From Bacteroidota bacterium (GTDB taxonomy: Bacteria; Bacteroidota; Bacteroidia; UBA7662; JAIXUI01), in the NCBI GenBank assembly GCA_027484125.1, contig JAIXUI010000074.1, forward strand, positions 63,791-127,790: a DNA stretch of 64,000 nt, written 5' to 3'. The translations under genes and the position numbers were made by a program. The first letter of the stretch is position 1, and each line of letters starts with the position of its first letter. This document shows positions 9,880 to 18,426 of the stretch, piece after piece. The notes under the pieces are model-generated. The model did no database searches, was not told the DNA's origin, and saw only the letters and a list, made by a program, of their open reading frames with translations.

Positions 9880-10287
9880 ATTACACATAGGTCGGTGTTT
9901 AGTCCTCGCAAATTGCACCAGTTGCCGCAAGTATTAATGATAAGGGTGTAATGTCGATAAGCGTCAAGATTTGCTCGACGAAATTGCCATCATATATATT
10001 TTTTACTAATGTATAAAAGCCTGTATATCCAGACTTTCAAATCCAAAGCTCTCAAATAAATAAATGCTGTCTATCAAATATTTGGCAAAAGTATAACTTT
10101 TTAAAAACATCCAAAAACTTCACTTGCAAAATGAGCACGTTAGATGCTTTTTGAATGATTTCCCATTCAGGAGACGTATCAGGAGCCAAGTTATTTAAAC
10201 CTTTTCAATGACTTAGGTGACCACTAAACACCAGAACGCGCCGCCGAATACTTCCGACGACGCGCAGTTGTTTCGATTTTATTCGAC

Positions 10288-10707
10288 TTAGAAACGCTCG
10301 AAATGAGAGAAGAAGAATGAAGCTTCAATAGCGGCATTCTCATCAGAGTCGGAGCCATGCACTGCATTCTCACCGATAGAGCGTGCATACAATTTACGAA
10401 TGGTTCCTTCCTCTGCTTGAGCTGGATTGGTAGCACCAATAGTCTTACGGAAATCTTCTACAGCATTATTTTTTTCAAGTACTGCTGCAACGATTGGTCC
10501 GGAAGACATGAAGCTAACAAGCTCGCCGTAAAAAGGACGCTCGCTGTGAACCGCGTAGAAAGCACCTGCTTGTTCGGGTGTTAAACGCGTGTATTTCATC
10601 GCTTTAATGGTGAATCCGGCTTGGATGATATGCGCCAGGATATTGCCAATGTGGCCGTCCTGTACTGCATCCGGTTTGATCATCGTGAAGGTGATATTCC
10701 CTGACAT
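10288..10707 (-). CDS. ndk: nucleoside-diphosphate kinase
   Basis: 139-aa ORF with the NDK active-site region (...[14 protein letters not shown]...NAVHGSDS...). Confidence 0.93.
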   Translation of the reverse strand: MSGNITFTMIKPDAVQDGHIGNILAHIIQAGFTIKAMKYTRLTPEQAGAFYAVHSERPFYGELVSFMSSGPIVAAVLEKNNAVEDFRKTIGATNPAQAEEGTIRKLYARSIGENAVHGSDSDENAAIEASFFFSHFERF

Positions 10708-10760
10708 TTGGTAAAATTTGGCGCAAAAATAATTTTTCGCCCTTTAGTTTTGAGCCCATT

Positions 10761-11771
10761 GTGTTAACTCCTGAAAATAGTGCAGCCTGGAAGGCTCTTT
10801 TAGCCGACCCAGGACCTGTAGTTGTAACCACCCATTACAAGCCGGATGGCGATGCCCTCGGTTCCATCCTAGGGTGGAGCAGCTATCTTAGAAAAAAAGG
10901 ATTCCAGGTTTCGATGATTGCACCATCAGACTGGCCTGACTTCCTTAATTTTCTTCCCGGATACGACCAAATTCTGAATTACGAAACTGCGACTCGTACT
11001 GCCTGGAAATTGCTTCGCGAAGCAAAAACCATATTCTGTCTCGATTTCAATGACCTCGATCGGGTACATGGCATGAGGGAAGACATTGAAAAATCGGGAG
11101 CACAACTCGTGATGATTGACCATCATCTTGATCCCAAGCCTTTTGCTGCTCTCATGCTCAGCGATACATCCGCAGCTGCAACCTGTGAGTTAGTTGCGAG
11201 GTTAATACAAGAGTTAGGCGATTGGCATTTGGTTGACTTAGACATGGCCGCACACCTTTACACGGGTATCATGACTGATACCGGTTCATTCAGGTTTGCA
11301 TCCACTACCGCTCGCTTGCACAGGCTTGTGGCCGATCTTATGGAGCTTGGTCTTCAACCTACCGCCTTACACGAGGCCATCAACGATCAATATACAGAAG
11401 TGAAGTTGCGCTTTCTAGGCCACTGCTACAGCCATTGCTTAAGGTTACTGCCTGAGCAAAAAGCAGCCTACTTCATTCTTTCAGCCGCCGATTTACGCGC
11501 CTTCAACACCACCACCGGCGACACAGAAACCCTTGTAAATACGGCCTTAGGCATCAGAGGCATTCGATTTGCCGCTTTGCTTACCGAGCGAGAAGATCGA
11601 ATCAAGATGTCATTTCGTTCTAAAGGCCGCATTCCGGTTAATGAGTTTGCAAGCCAATTTTTTGACGGAGGCGGACATTTTAACGCTGCGGGTGGTCACA
11701 GTAAACTATCGCTTACTGAAACTGAAGCCTTACTGCTTCAACATCTTCCTTTCATTCAACAATTTCTTTAA
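10761..11771 (+). CDS. DHH-family phosphoesterase (NrnA-like oligoribonuclease / pAp phosphatase)
   Basis: DHH motif (MIDHHLD) and DHHA1 GGGH motif ([13 protein letters not shown]). The start codon is GTG at 10761. Confidence 0.75.
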   Translation: MLTPENSAAWKALLADPGPVVVTTHYKPDGDALGSILGWSSYLRKKGFQVSMIAPSDWPDFLNFLPGYDQILNYETATRTAWKLLREAKTIFCLDFNDLDRVHGMREDIEKSGAQLVMIDHHLDPKPFAALMLSDTSAAATCELVARLIQELGDWHLVDLDMAAHLYTGIMTDTGSFRFASTTARLHRLVADLMELGLQPTALHEAINDQYTEVKLRFLGHCYSHCLRLLPEQKAAYFILSAADLRAFNTTTGDTETLVNTALGIRGIRFAALLTEREDRIKMSFRSKGRIPVNEFASQFFDGGGHFNAAGGHSKLSLTETEALLLQHLPFIQQFL

Positions 11772-11773
11772 AT

Positions 11774-12601
11774 ATGAACAAATCCCTGGTTCTCACCACG
11801 TTTGCCGCGATTGCACTATTCACTAGCGCTTGCGACAACAAAACAACCGGATTCAAACAAACGGAGACCGGACTTGAGTACTCCATTGTCCGTGATTCTG
11901 GCAATACCAAAGCCACGCTTGGCGATGTTGTTTTGGTAAATCTTACTTATGGCATCGGAGATTCGATGTTTTTTAGCACCAAACAAATGGGCGCTCCTAT
12001 TCCAATACCGGTATCAGACCCACCTTTCAAAGGCTCATTCGAAGAAGGTTTGCAGCTTTTGGGAGTAGGTGATAGTGCGGCCTTTCAAGTTTCTGCAGAT
12101 TCTGTTTACAAAAATATCTTCATGACGCCACTTCCCGGGAATTTTAAACCAGGGCAGAAATTCACCTTCCATGTAGGTGTGGTAAGTATTAGCAATGAAT
12201 CAAAAGACATCGCTAATTTTTTGAAAAAGAATAACATCACTACAAAGCCACAGCCTTCAGGCTTGGTTTACATTCAAGAGCGTCCCGGGACAGGAGCTCA
12301 AGCTTTAGCGGGCCAAAAAGTACGTGTTCACTATACCGGTATGCTGATGAACGGTATGAAATTCGATTCTTCATTAGATAGAAAAGACCCAAAAACCGGA
12401 AAAGCAGAACCCTTCCAATTTACCTTAGGTGCACGCCAGGTTATTCCAGGTTGGGACGAAGGCATTGCCTTGATGAAAGTCGGCGAAAAAGGCAAACTCA
12501 TCATCCCCTCCAAACTCGGATATGGCCCTCGTGGAGCTTCTGACGTGATTCCTCCTAATGCGACTTTGATTTTTGAAGTTGAATTAGTGGGTGCTGAATG
12601 A
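11774..12601 (+). CDS. FKBP-type peptidyl-prolyl cis-trans isomerase, lipoprotein
   Basis: Lipoprotein signal (…LFTSAC). C-terminal FKBP domain (...[17 protein letters not shown]...[18 protein letters not shown]...). Confidence 0.82.
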   Translation: MNKSLVLTTFAAIALFTSACDNKTTGFKQTETGLEYSIVRDSGNTKATLGDVVLVNLTYGIGDSMFFSTKQMGAPIPIPVSDPPFKGSFEEGLQLLGVGDSAAFQVSADSVYKNIFMTPLPGNFKPGQKFTFHVGVVSISNESKDIANFLKKNNITTKPQPSGLVYIQERPGTGAQALAGQKVRVHYTGMLMNGMKFDSSLDRKDPKTGKAEPFQFTLGARQVIPGWDEGIALMKVGEKGKLIIPSKLGYGPRGASDVIPPNATLIFEVELVGAE

Positions 12602-13410
12602 TTCGCATTCTCTCCATTTTCCTCATTAGCCTCTTGCTTGGGGCTTGTAATGGCGGCACATCTTCCACCAAACAAGCCCAAAGCGAAGCGGTAGATTTTG
12701 CCGCTCTAGGGTTCAACCCCGACAGCTCCGGCCTATGGTGGAGAATTTCGGAAAGCCTAAGCCAGGGCGATAGCATTCGACTTGGCGACTCTGTGCGCTT
12801 TCTGATGAAAGTCAATTTGGTTGACGGCAGCCCTGTTTCTACCCCTCAAAGTGAGAAAATCATGCAATCCATCAAAATTGGAAAAGGGCAAGTGGTTAAA
12901 GGGGTAGAACTAGGCCTGTGTAAGATGAAACAAGGTGAAAAAGCGGAACTTATCCTTCCCCCTCATTTAGCTTACGGCAGTGCCGCTTTCGGGGCTATAC
13001 AACCCAACAGTACTTTACGCTATACCATTGAAGTTAAGTCTCACATTCCGAGTTGGAACCAACCAGAAGTCGGTCGTTATCCGGAAATTCAATCAGCAGG
13101 TGTTACCCTATACCTCTTAAAAGAGGGGATAGGACCAACCTTAACCGATGGCGATAGTGTAAAACTTAGCTTTGCTGGTTTTTTGGAAAACGGACAGCTT
13201 TTCGACCGCAGCCTAAACGAAGCCGGTCCGGTTATTTTTCCCATAAAAAAAGACCGCTTGATGCCCGGACTTTATCAGGCATTGAAAAAAATGAAGCGCG
13301 GAAGCACAGTAAAAGCCATAATTCCTCCCCATTTAGGTTTCGGGAAAGCAGGATTACCGCCTAAAATTCCTGCCAATAGCACTTTATACTTCGATTTAAC
13401 CGTAGAGTAA
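12598..13410 (+). CDS. FKBP-type peptidyl-prolyl cis-trans isomerase, lipoprotein (second paralog, two FKBP-like repeats)
   Basis: Signal peptide ending LLGAC. FKBP motifs (...[28 protein letters not shown]...). Its ATG overlaps the previous stop (ATGA). Confidence 0.8.
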   Translation: MIRILSIFLISLLLGACNGGTSSTKQAQSEAVDFAALGFNPDSSGLWWRISESLSQGDSIRLGDSVRFLMKVNLVDGSPVSTPQSEKIMQSIKIGKGQVVKGVELGLCKMKQGEKAELILPPHLAYGSAAFGAIQPNSTLRYTIEVKSHIPSWNQPEVGRYPEIQSAGVTLYLLKEGIGPTLTDGDSVKLSFAGFLENGQLFDRSLNEAGPVIFPIKKDRLMPGLYQALKKMKRGSTVKAIIPPHLGFGKAGLPPKIPANSTLYFDLTVE

Positions 13411-13469
13411 ATCCTGTAATCGCGCTGTATAGCGAAAAGCCTGTGCCGCATAAGCTGTATCTTGCAGCC

Positions 13470-14075
13470 ATGCGTGCACAGGTTTATTTTCATCATTGTC
13501 ACACCTTATCCGATGCGCGGTTTGCTGCGGCTGAAGGCTTCGAATTTCTGGCATTTGCTATTGACCCTTCATGGGCCAGCTTTCCGGGAATGGCTAAGCT
13601 TAAAGAAATTTCCGGTTGGGTGAGTGGGCCCCGTTTAGTTGGGCAATTTCCTGCCGGAACCCCTGTTTCAGTTATTCATGATGCAGTAAATTTTCTTGGG
13701 CTGGAAGCCGTTGAGCTTGCGCATCCTATAGAATCTTCCTTACGCGAAAAGCTAGATTTACCGATCATTGTTCGTGTCCCATGGGAGCTACCGTCGGATG
13801 TAGCTTCGGCCTACTTGCAAGAAAGTATGCTTGTGCTTTTGGAAAGTGATATGCCGTTTCACCTTTTGGCTCAAATGCCTCATGCATCTGAATTTCAAGC
13901 GCTTTGTCAACAATACGACATGATTCTCTCTTGTAATTTCAATCCAGAAAATTTAACACAGGCACTTGAAGATTGGGCCCCTTATGGAATTGCCTTACAT
14001 GGAGGTGAAGAAGAAAGACCAGGTTGGTACAATTACGAACAATTACAAGAGATCACCGAAATTTTGGCAAGTTAA
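13470..14075 (+). CDS. phosphoribosylanthranilate isomerase (TrpF)-like TIM-barrel protein, orphan
   Basis: The alignment pattern MRAQVYFHHCHTLSDARFAAAEGFEFLAFAIDPS...VGQFP...LGLEAVELAHPIESS...VLLESD resembles TrpF. The ORF track starts at GTG 13443; ATG 13470 is preferred here. No other trp genes are nearby. Confidence 0.35.
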   Translation: MRAQVYFHHCHTLSDARFAAAEGFEFLAFAIDPSWASFPGMAKLKEISGWVSGPRLVGQFPAGTPVSVIHDAVNFLGLEAVELAHPIESSLREKLDLPIIVRVPWELPSDVASAYLQESMLVLLESDMPFHLLAQMPHASEFQALCQQYDMILSCNFNPENLTQALEDWAPYGIALHGGEEERPGWYNYEQLQEITEILAS

Positions 14076-14182
14076 CCTAGATGCAGCATACAGCATCTTT
14101 TATCAGAAACCAGCAAGCGCGGTAGGTGCTTATTCCAATTTGAGCTTAAACTCTTCAGCACATCCCCTTAGATCACCTCAAA

Positions 14183-14926
14183 ATGAAGCGCCGTCCAGCT
14201 CCCAAATTCTTTAGCGAATACCATTATGAAAGGAAAATGGTAGCAGATGCGGTACGGTTAGGGGCCATGTTTCCCAATATATGGATGAGCTTTCAACTTG
14301 ACGTAACTGGATTAGTAGAGGTACATCAGCAAAAGAAACTCAAGCAGGAAAGTCCAGGTCTGCCTGCTTACTTTTTATTAGCTACAGCAAGGATACTTAG
14401 TGAGCACCGTGGTTTTATTGGTCACATAAGCGGCGAAAAAATAAAGCTGCCAGCAAATGTTAGAATGCGAATAACCAGTAGAAATGTTTTAGGCCGAATG
14501 GTTAGTCATATTCTTACGAATCCTCAAGAGCTAGAAGTGTCATCTATCAAGGCAACCTTAAATTGGCTACTGGCTACAGAGGATGAATTGATTTTACCGC
14601 GTCAAAAGCGGTTTTTCTCGCTGCCATGGTGGTTAAGAAAGGTATTCTACAAATTTTGGTTACGCTCAGCTGAAAAAAGAGACTTGATTTTCGGCAATTG
14701 TTATTTCGCTTGCAATGGATTTTCTTCGCTAAGTGGCTCCTTTACAACCCATACGAACAGTTTATGGGGAGTACACCTCTATTATTCAGATGTTTATAAC
14801 AAGGATGAACGATACTTTGTAACCCTTTCTGTGTCAGCCGATCACCGAATGTTGGATGCCTATCACCTTACTTTTCTAGCTGAATGTTTGGAGATAGAAT
14901 TCCATAAAATTGCGCAGGAATCCTAA
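14183..14926 (+). CDS. hypothetical protein with a 2-oxoacid dehydrogenase acyltransferase (E2/CAT-like) catalytic-domain signature
   Basis: The C-terminal ...SVSADHRMLDAYHL... resembles the DHRxxDG catalytic motif of E2/CAT-fold acyltransferases. There is no lipoyl domain. Confidence 0.35.
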   Translation: MKRRPAPKFFSEYHYERKMVADAVRLGAMFPNIWMSFQLDVTGLVEVHQQKKLKQESPGLPAYFLLATARILSEHRGFIGHISGEKIKLPANVRMRITSRNVLGRMVSHILTNPQELEVSSIKATLNWLLATEDELILPRQKRFFSLPWWLRKVFYKFWLRSAEKRDLIFGNCYFACNGFSSLSGSFTTHTNSLWGVHLYYSDVYNKDERYFVTLSVSADHRMLDAYHLTFLAECLEIEFHKIAQES

Positions 14927-15073
14927 GAATATGGGTATTCTGATTCAACCACTTTAATAATTTGAAACGAACAGAGCCCTACTAAAGTCAAGAAATTAAC
15001 CCAACTCATTAACGAAAATTCTTCAAAGCAAACACCACTCTGCCATTTGGCAGAATCAACTATAAGTTAAACG

Positions 15074-16117
15074 TTAATCGACATTGACTGACGAGTCGTT
15101 TTCGTTCATCACCTTTGAAGCGCTAATCAAGTCGAGTTTACATTGATTGAATAACTCAACCCATGTTTCAGAATTTTCCAAGCCAGAAATGGCTGGAATA
15201 AAATCATTGATATCGTTAAGCAGTTGTTCCAATTGCTTATGGATGGTTCTACTTTCCTCTGAATTAATTTCTTGTAGCAATTTGCGAGTTAAAAGTAGCT
15301 CTTGTTCCACTTTCTTTCTATCGGTAATATCAAACAACATGCAATGGGTTTGCAGTTGATTTGTTTCTATATTTTGAACTGCACGACCAGCAAGTACCAC
15401 CTGCTTCACAAGGCCATCGGCGCGTTTTAATGGCACCTCGCAAACGATAGAACCATTAGACAGTAAAACTTCAAATTTAGAGGTGAACTGAGCAATTTCT
15501 TCTTCAAGCCAAACCATAGTAAATGGTTCACCTATCAATTGTTTATAAGAATATCCCAACAACTCCGAGAGCGCTTCATTCACGAACAGAAAGCTACCTT
15601 TTTCATTAAGAGACTGATAAGGAATAGGTGCTTTTAGCAACAAATCTCGAAACTTAAATTCGCTATCATAGAGGTTAAGAAATAAGGTGTGTTTATCGGT
15701 TATATCTTGAGTTATTCCTACGGTAAAAAGCGGTTTCCCATTATCATCATACTCCGTTTCACAAATCTGCTCCATGTATTTGATTTCACCATCAGGCAAT
15801 ACAGCTCGATGAGTTAGGCGATAGGGCTTTTTTTCCCTTATCGCGTCGAGGTAGCGATGACGAACCATTTCTCTATCATCAGGGTGTATAAAAGGTAAAA
15901 CACCTTGGTCTTTAATCAAATCATTGGATTCCTCTATTTTGTACAATCGATAGAGTTCCGCAGACATCCATACCTTATTTGCTACCCAGTCATGTTCCCA
16001 TAATCCAGAATAAGTAAACCGTTGAAGCTCTTGCAGTTTTCGCTCAGCATCGAACCAAGCCTCCTCGAGTCGCTTCAATTTTTCTCCTAACACTTCCGAT
16101 GTATTATCTTGATTCAT
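15074..16117 (-). CDS. PAS domain protein (N-terminal coiled coil plus two PAS-like domains, no recognisable output domain)
   Basis: 347-aa ORF. The PAS pattern (...WEHDWVANKVWMSAELYRLYKIE...) is repeated twice. Confidence 0.65.
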   Translation of the reverse strand: MNQDNTSEVLGEKLKRLEEAWFDAERKLQELQRFTYSGLWEHDWVANKVWMSAELYRLYKIEESNDLIKDQGVLPFIHPDDREMVRHRYLDAIREKKPYRLTHRAVLPDGEIKYMEQICETEYDDNGKPLFTVGITQDITDKHTLFLNLYDSEFKFRDLLLKAPIPYQSLNEKGSFLFVNEALSELLGYSYKQLIGEPFTMVWLEEEIAQFTSKFEVLLSNGSIVCEVPLKRADGLVKQVVLAGRAVQNIETNQLQTHCMLFDITDRKKVEQELLLTRKLLQEINSEESRTIHKQLEQLLNDINDFIPAISGLENSETWVELFNQCKLDLISASKVMNENDSSVNVD

Positions 16118-16130
16118 GGCGATACTTTAA

Positions 16131-17162
16131 TCAAACCTTAGTTTTTACTGAACTGCATTTATTAACAATGCGATGAATTGAAGTATCGAGATTCAGTAGG
16201 TCAACTTGAATCTTGTCTGCCAGTGAAATTTGAGCTTTATTTAAACTCAATTCTTCTTTTACAAGGGGTAAAATTCCCAACAAATTAGTTACCGGGTGAC
16301 GAAGAATATGCGACTGGCTCCAAGCTATATCTAAAAGTCGCTGATTTTGTTCCTTAATTTTCTCCTGATGGGTATTGATGTAAGTGATATCTAGCAAAAT
16401 TCCATGAAATTCATCAATCTGATGAAGACTTGAAGTGTAACGTTTCACAGTCATTGCCACGATAATCGGCCCCAACTTTGGCCTAACCAAAGTAAAATCG
16501 GCAGTTAGCTCTTCCGCATTTTTCGAATTAGCAATGCTCTTTTTGAAAGCTTCAACTTGATCTTTATTGAGAAATTGATGAAAATGCTTGCCTACAAGTG
16601 ATTCTGACGACTCCCCAATCAACTCGCAAAATCTTTCATTAACCATCGTTATCCTGCATTCTTGGTCAAAACTTACATAAGCTAATGGAGCTTTCGCTAC
16701 CATATCTTGAAACCGATTCGCACTTTCCTCGATTAGTTGAATGGCATTTTGCTTTTCAGTAATATCCTGGCAAGTTCCTATCGAGTACATAGGCTTACCA
16801 TCTGCATTAAAACGTGTTTCACAATGCTCTTCTACAAAACGAATTGAACCGTCATTAAGTACAATGCGATGAACGATGTTGTAGGTGGCTCTACTGTCTA
16901 AAGAATAAAGATAAGCCTTCTTTACTCGCTCCACTTCGTCTTCCGGAATACATGCAAGAAAGGAGGCAAAGCTAGGCTGAAACTCGAGCGGATCTTTCCC
17001 AAAGATTTTGTATATCTCTGAAGACCACCAAAGCTTGTTCTTGACCAAATCAAACTCCCATATTCCGGCTTTGGCAAACTGCTGCAAAACCTGCGTCTTT
17101 CGTTCCGTGTCATGCAAGGCCTGCTCTAAACGAGATATTCTTTCTTGCACCAAATGAAGCAT
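16131..17162 (-). CDS. PAS domain protein, tandem paralog; C-terminal HisKA-like H-box-like segment without ATPase domain
   Basis: 343-aa ORF with the same N-terminal coiled coil and PAS organisation as the neighbouring gene (...IWEFDLVKNKLWWSSEIYKIFG...). The C-terminus (...AWSQSHILRHPVTNLLGI...) resembles a histidine-kinase dimerisation box. Confidence 0.65.
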   Translation of the reverse strand: MLHLVQERISRLEQALHDTERKTQVLQQFAKAGIWEFDLVKNKLWWSSEIYKIFGKDPLEFQPSFASFLACIPEDEVERVKKAYLYSLDSRATYNIVHRIVLNDGSIRFVEEHCETRFNADGKPMYSIGTCQDITEKQNAIQLIEESANRFQDMVAKAPLAYVSFDQECRITMVNERFCELIGESSESLVGKHFHQFLNKDQVEAFKKSIANSKNAEELTADFTLVRPKLGPIIVAMTVKRYTSSLHQIDEFHGILLDITYINTHQEKIKEQNQRLLDIAWSQSHILRHPVTNLLGILPLVKEELSLNKAQISLADKIQVDLLNLDTSIHRIVNKCSSVKTKV

Positions 17163-17920
17163 GTATATTGAATTAAAAGGCCAAAGTATAACCTACTTGT
17201 TTAACTTTCTCAACCCCTATGTTACTTATTGACCAACCGGCACCTTTATTATGCTTTTTTAAGAACTTATCAACAAATATTCCATGAATTTTTTATGCTC
17301 AAGTTCTTTTTATTTTAATTATCTCATAAATGGTATTTTTTCCATTTATTGATAATAATTAAACGAAGTTTTAAGCCGCCTCTACCAAAAACTTTTCTGA
17401 CACAAATTGCCTTAAAATGACTGTTTGAAACATTTTAAACCGAAATAACTATTTTATGTTTAATTATTTAAATATTTCAATAATTATAAATCGCCTAATT
17501 TTTTTGTTTTTACTTAATTATTTATGTTTTTAAATAGCACAATATTCCATCGGCTACTCTGCAAAAATACAGATATGAATTTTCTATATATTTGATAAAA
17601 CAATATGTATAACACCCGTAGCTACTCAGGTTTATACGTTTCCTCGTCAATGATATCCACTTTCATTGAGGCATTCCAAGTTCAAGCCAGGCTACAGCCA
17701 GCCATTCAACCATTAAATTGATTGAAAAAAAGTATATGAAACCACCCTATGCGTATGATTTTAAGACGCCTGTGTCAGTTTCATTAAGCACATTCCACAA
17801 AAATACGTACGGGATAGCAAGGCTAGAAGGAGCTGGTAATGCACAAACTAAGGAAGGTTGTCAAAGATTCAATCACACTAAAGACGCCCTTCTTCATGGT
17901 GATGACCAACGTGACTTAAC

Positions 17921-17950
17921 AAAAAAGGCTGCCTGTGGCAGCCTTTTTTT
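17921..17950. terminator. bidirectional intrinsic terminator (serves the gldH-like gene on the minus strand)
   Basis: aaaaaaggctgcc-tgt-ggcagccttttttt: a 7-bp GC stem flanked by A6 and T7. The minus-gene stop codon lies at 17950-17952. Confidence 0.75.
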
Positions 17951-18426
17951 CACTTTGACATCAACTTGGCCTCAAAGCCAACATCCTCAATGCCGAGTAA
18001 TGGATTGTCACGCATGTTTTGTTCTATTTCAAGCGTATAGGTGCCTGCCATAGGAAGTGTCCAGTACGAAGTAAGCCGACTGCGAAGTGTTATGGTAGCT
18101 CCAGACGTTTTTCCAAGCCATTGACCATTTTCATCAGCCAATTGAAGACTAACACGAAATCGCTGTATGCGGCCATTGGGTTGCTTAAGCCTGAGCATCA
18201 AATACAGATTCTCATAGGCATAATCATCAGCATGGCGCAGCTGAAGTGTAATCTGCACTTTCTTGTTGGGCTCAGTTACAACCAGCTCATGAGAAACTCG
18301 TTGGTTCCAGTTCCACTTTTCATCTTCTATCGACTCAAACACCTGTGCCAGTTGATTAGGGTCACGGTTACAGGCAGTGAGGGAAACAAACAGGCCAAGA
18401 CTTAGAGAAAACACCAGTTTACGCAT
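17950..18426 (-). CDS. gldH: gliding motility lipoprotein GldH-like
   Basis: Trimmed to the Met of MRKLVFSLSLGLFVSLTAC (lipobox; ATG at 18424-18426), giving a 158-aa lipoprotein. It overlaps the stop of the upstream PSP1 gene by 8 nt. A PSP1-gldH arrangement is, as I recall, conserved in gliding Bacteroidota. Confidence 0.55.
   Translation of the reverse strand: MRKLVFSLSLGLFVSLTACNRDPNQLAQVFESIEDEKWNWNQRVSHELVVTEPNKKVQITLQLRHADDYAYENLYLMLRLKQPNGRIQRFRVSLQLADENGQWLGKTSGATITLRSRLTSYWTLPMAGTYTLEIEQNMRDNPLLGIEDVGFEAKLMSK

Noticed and set aside
9931-10287. Possible ncRNA or tRNA in the 357-nt spacer upstream of the LruC-like gene
   Set aside because: No tRNA-like T-arm (GGTTCGAATCC-like) or cloverleaf was evident. 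The only ORF (10224-10439) overlaps the ndk 3' end on the same strand in another frame. This was left as an ordinary promoter region.
12331-12815. Antisense ORFs (116 and 86 aa) across the FKBP genes
   Set aside because: They are embedded antisense to two well-supported FKBP PPIase genes.
17718-18053. 111-aa ORF MIEKKYMKPPYAYDF...
   Set aside because: It reads through a strong intrinsic terminator and 100 nt into the convergent lipoprotein gene. This is implausible as annotated, although a shorter peptide or sRNA remains possible (see findings).
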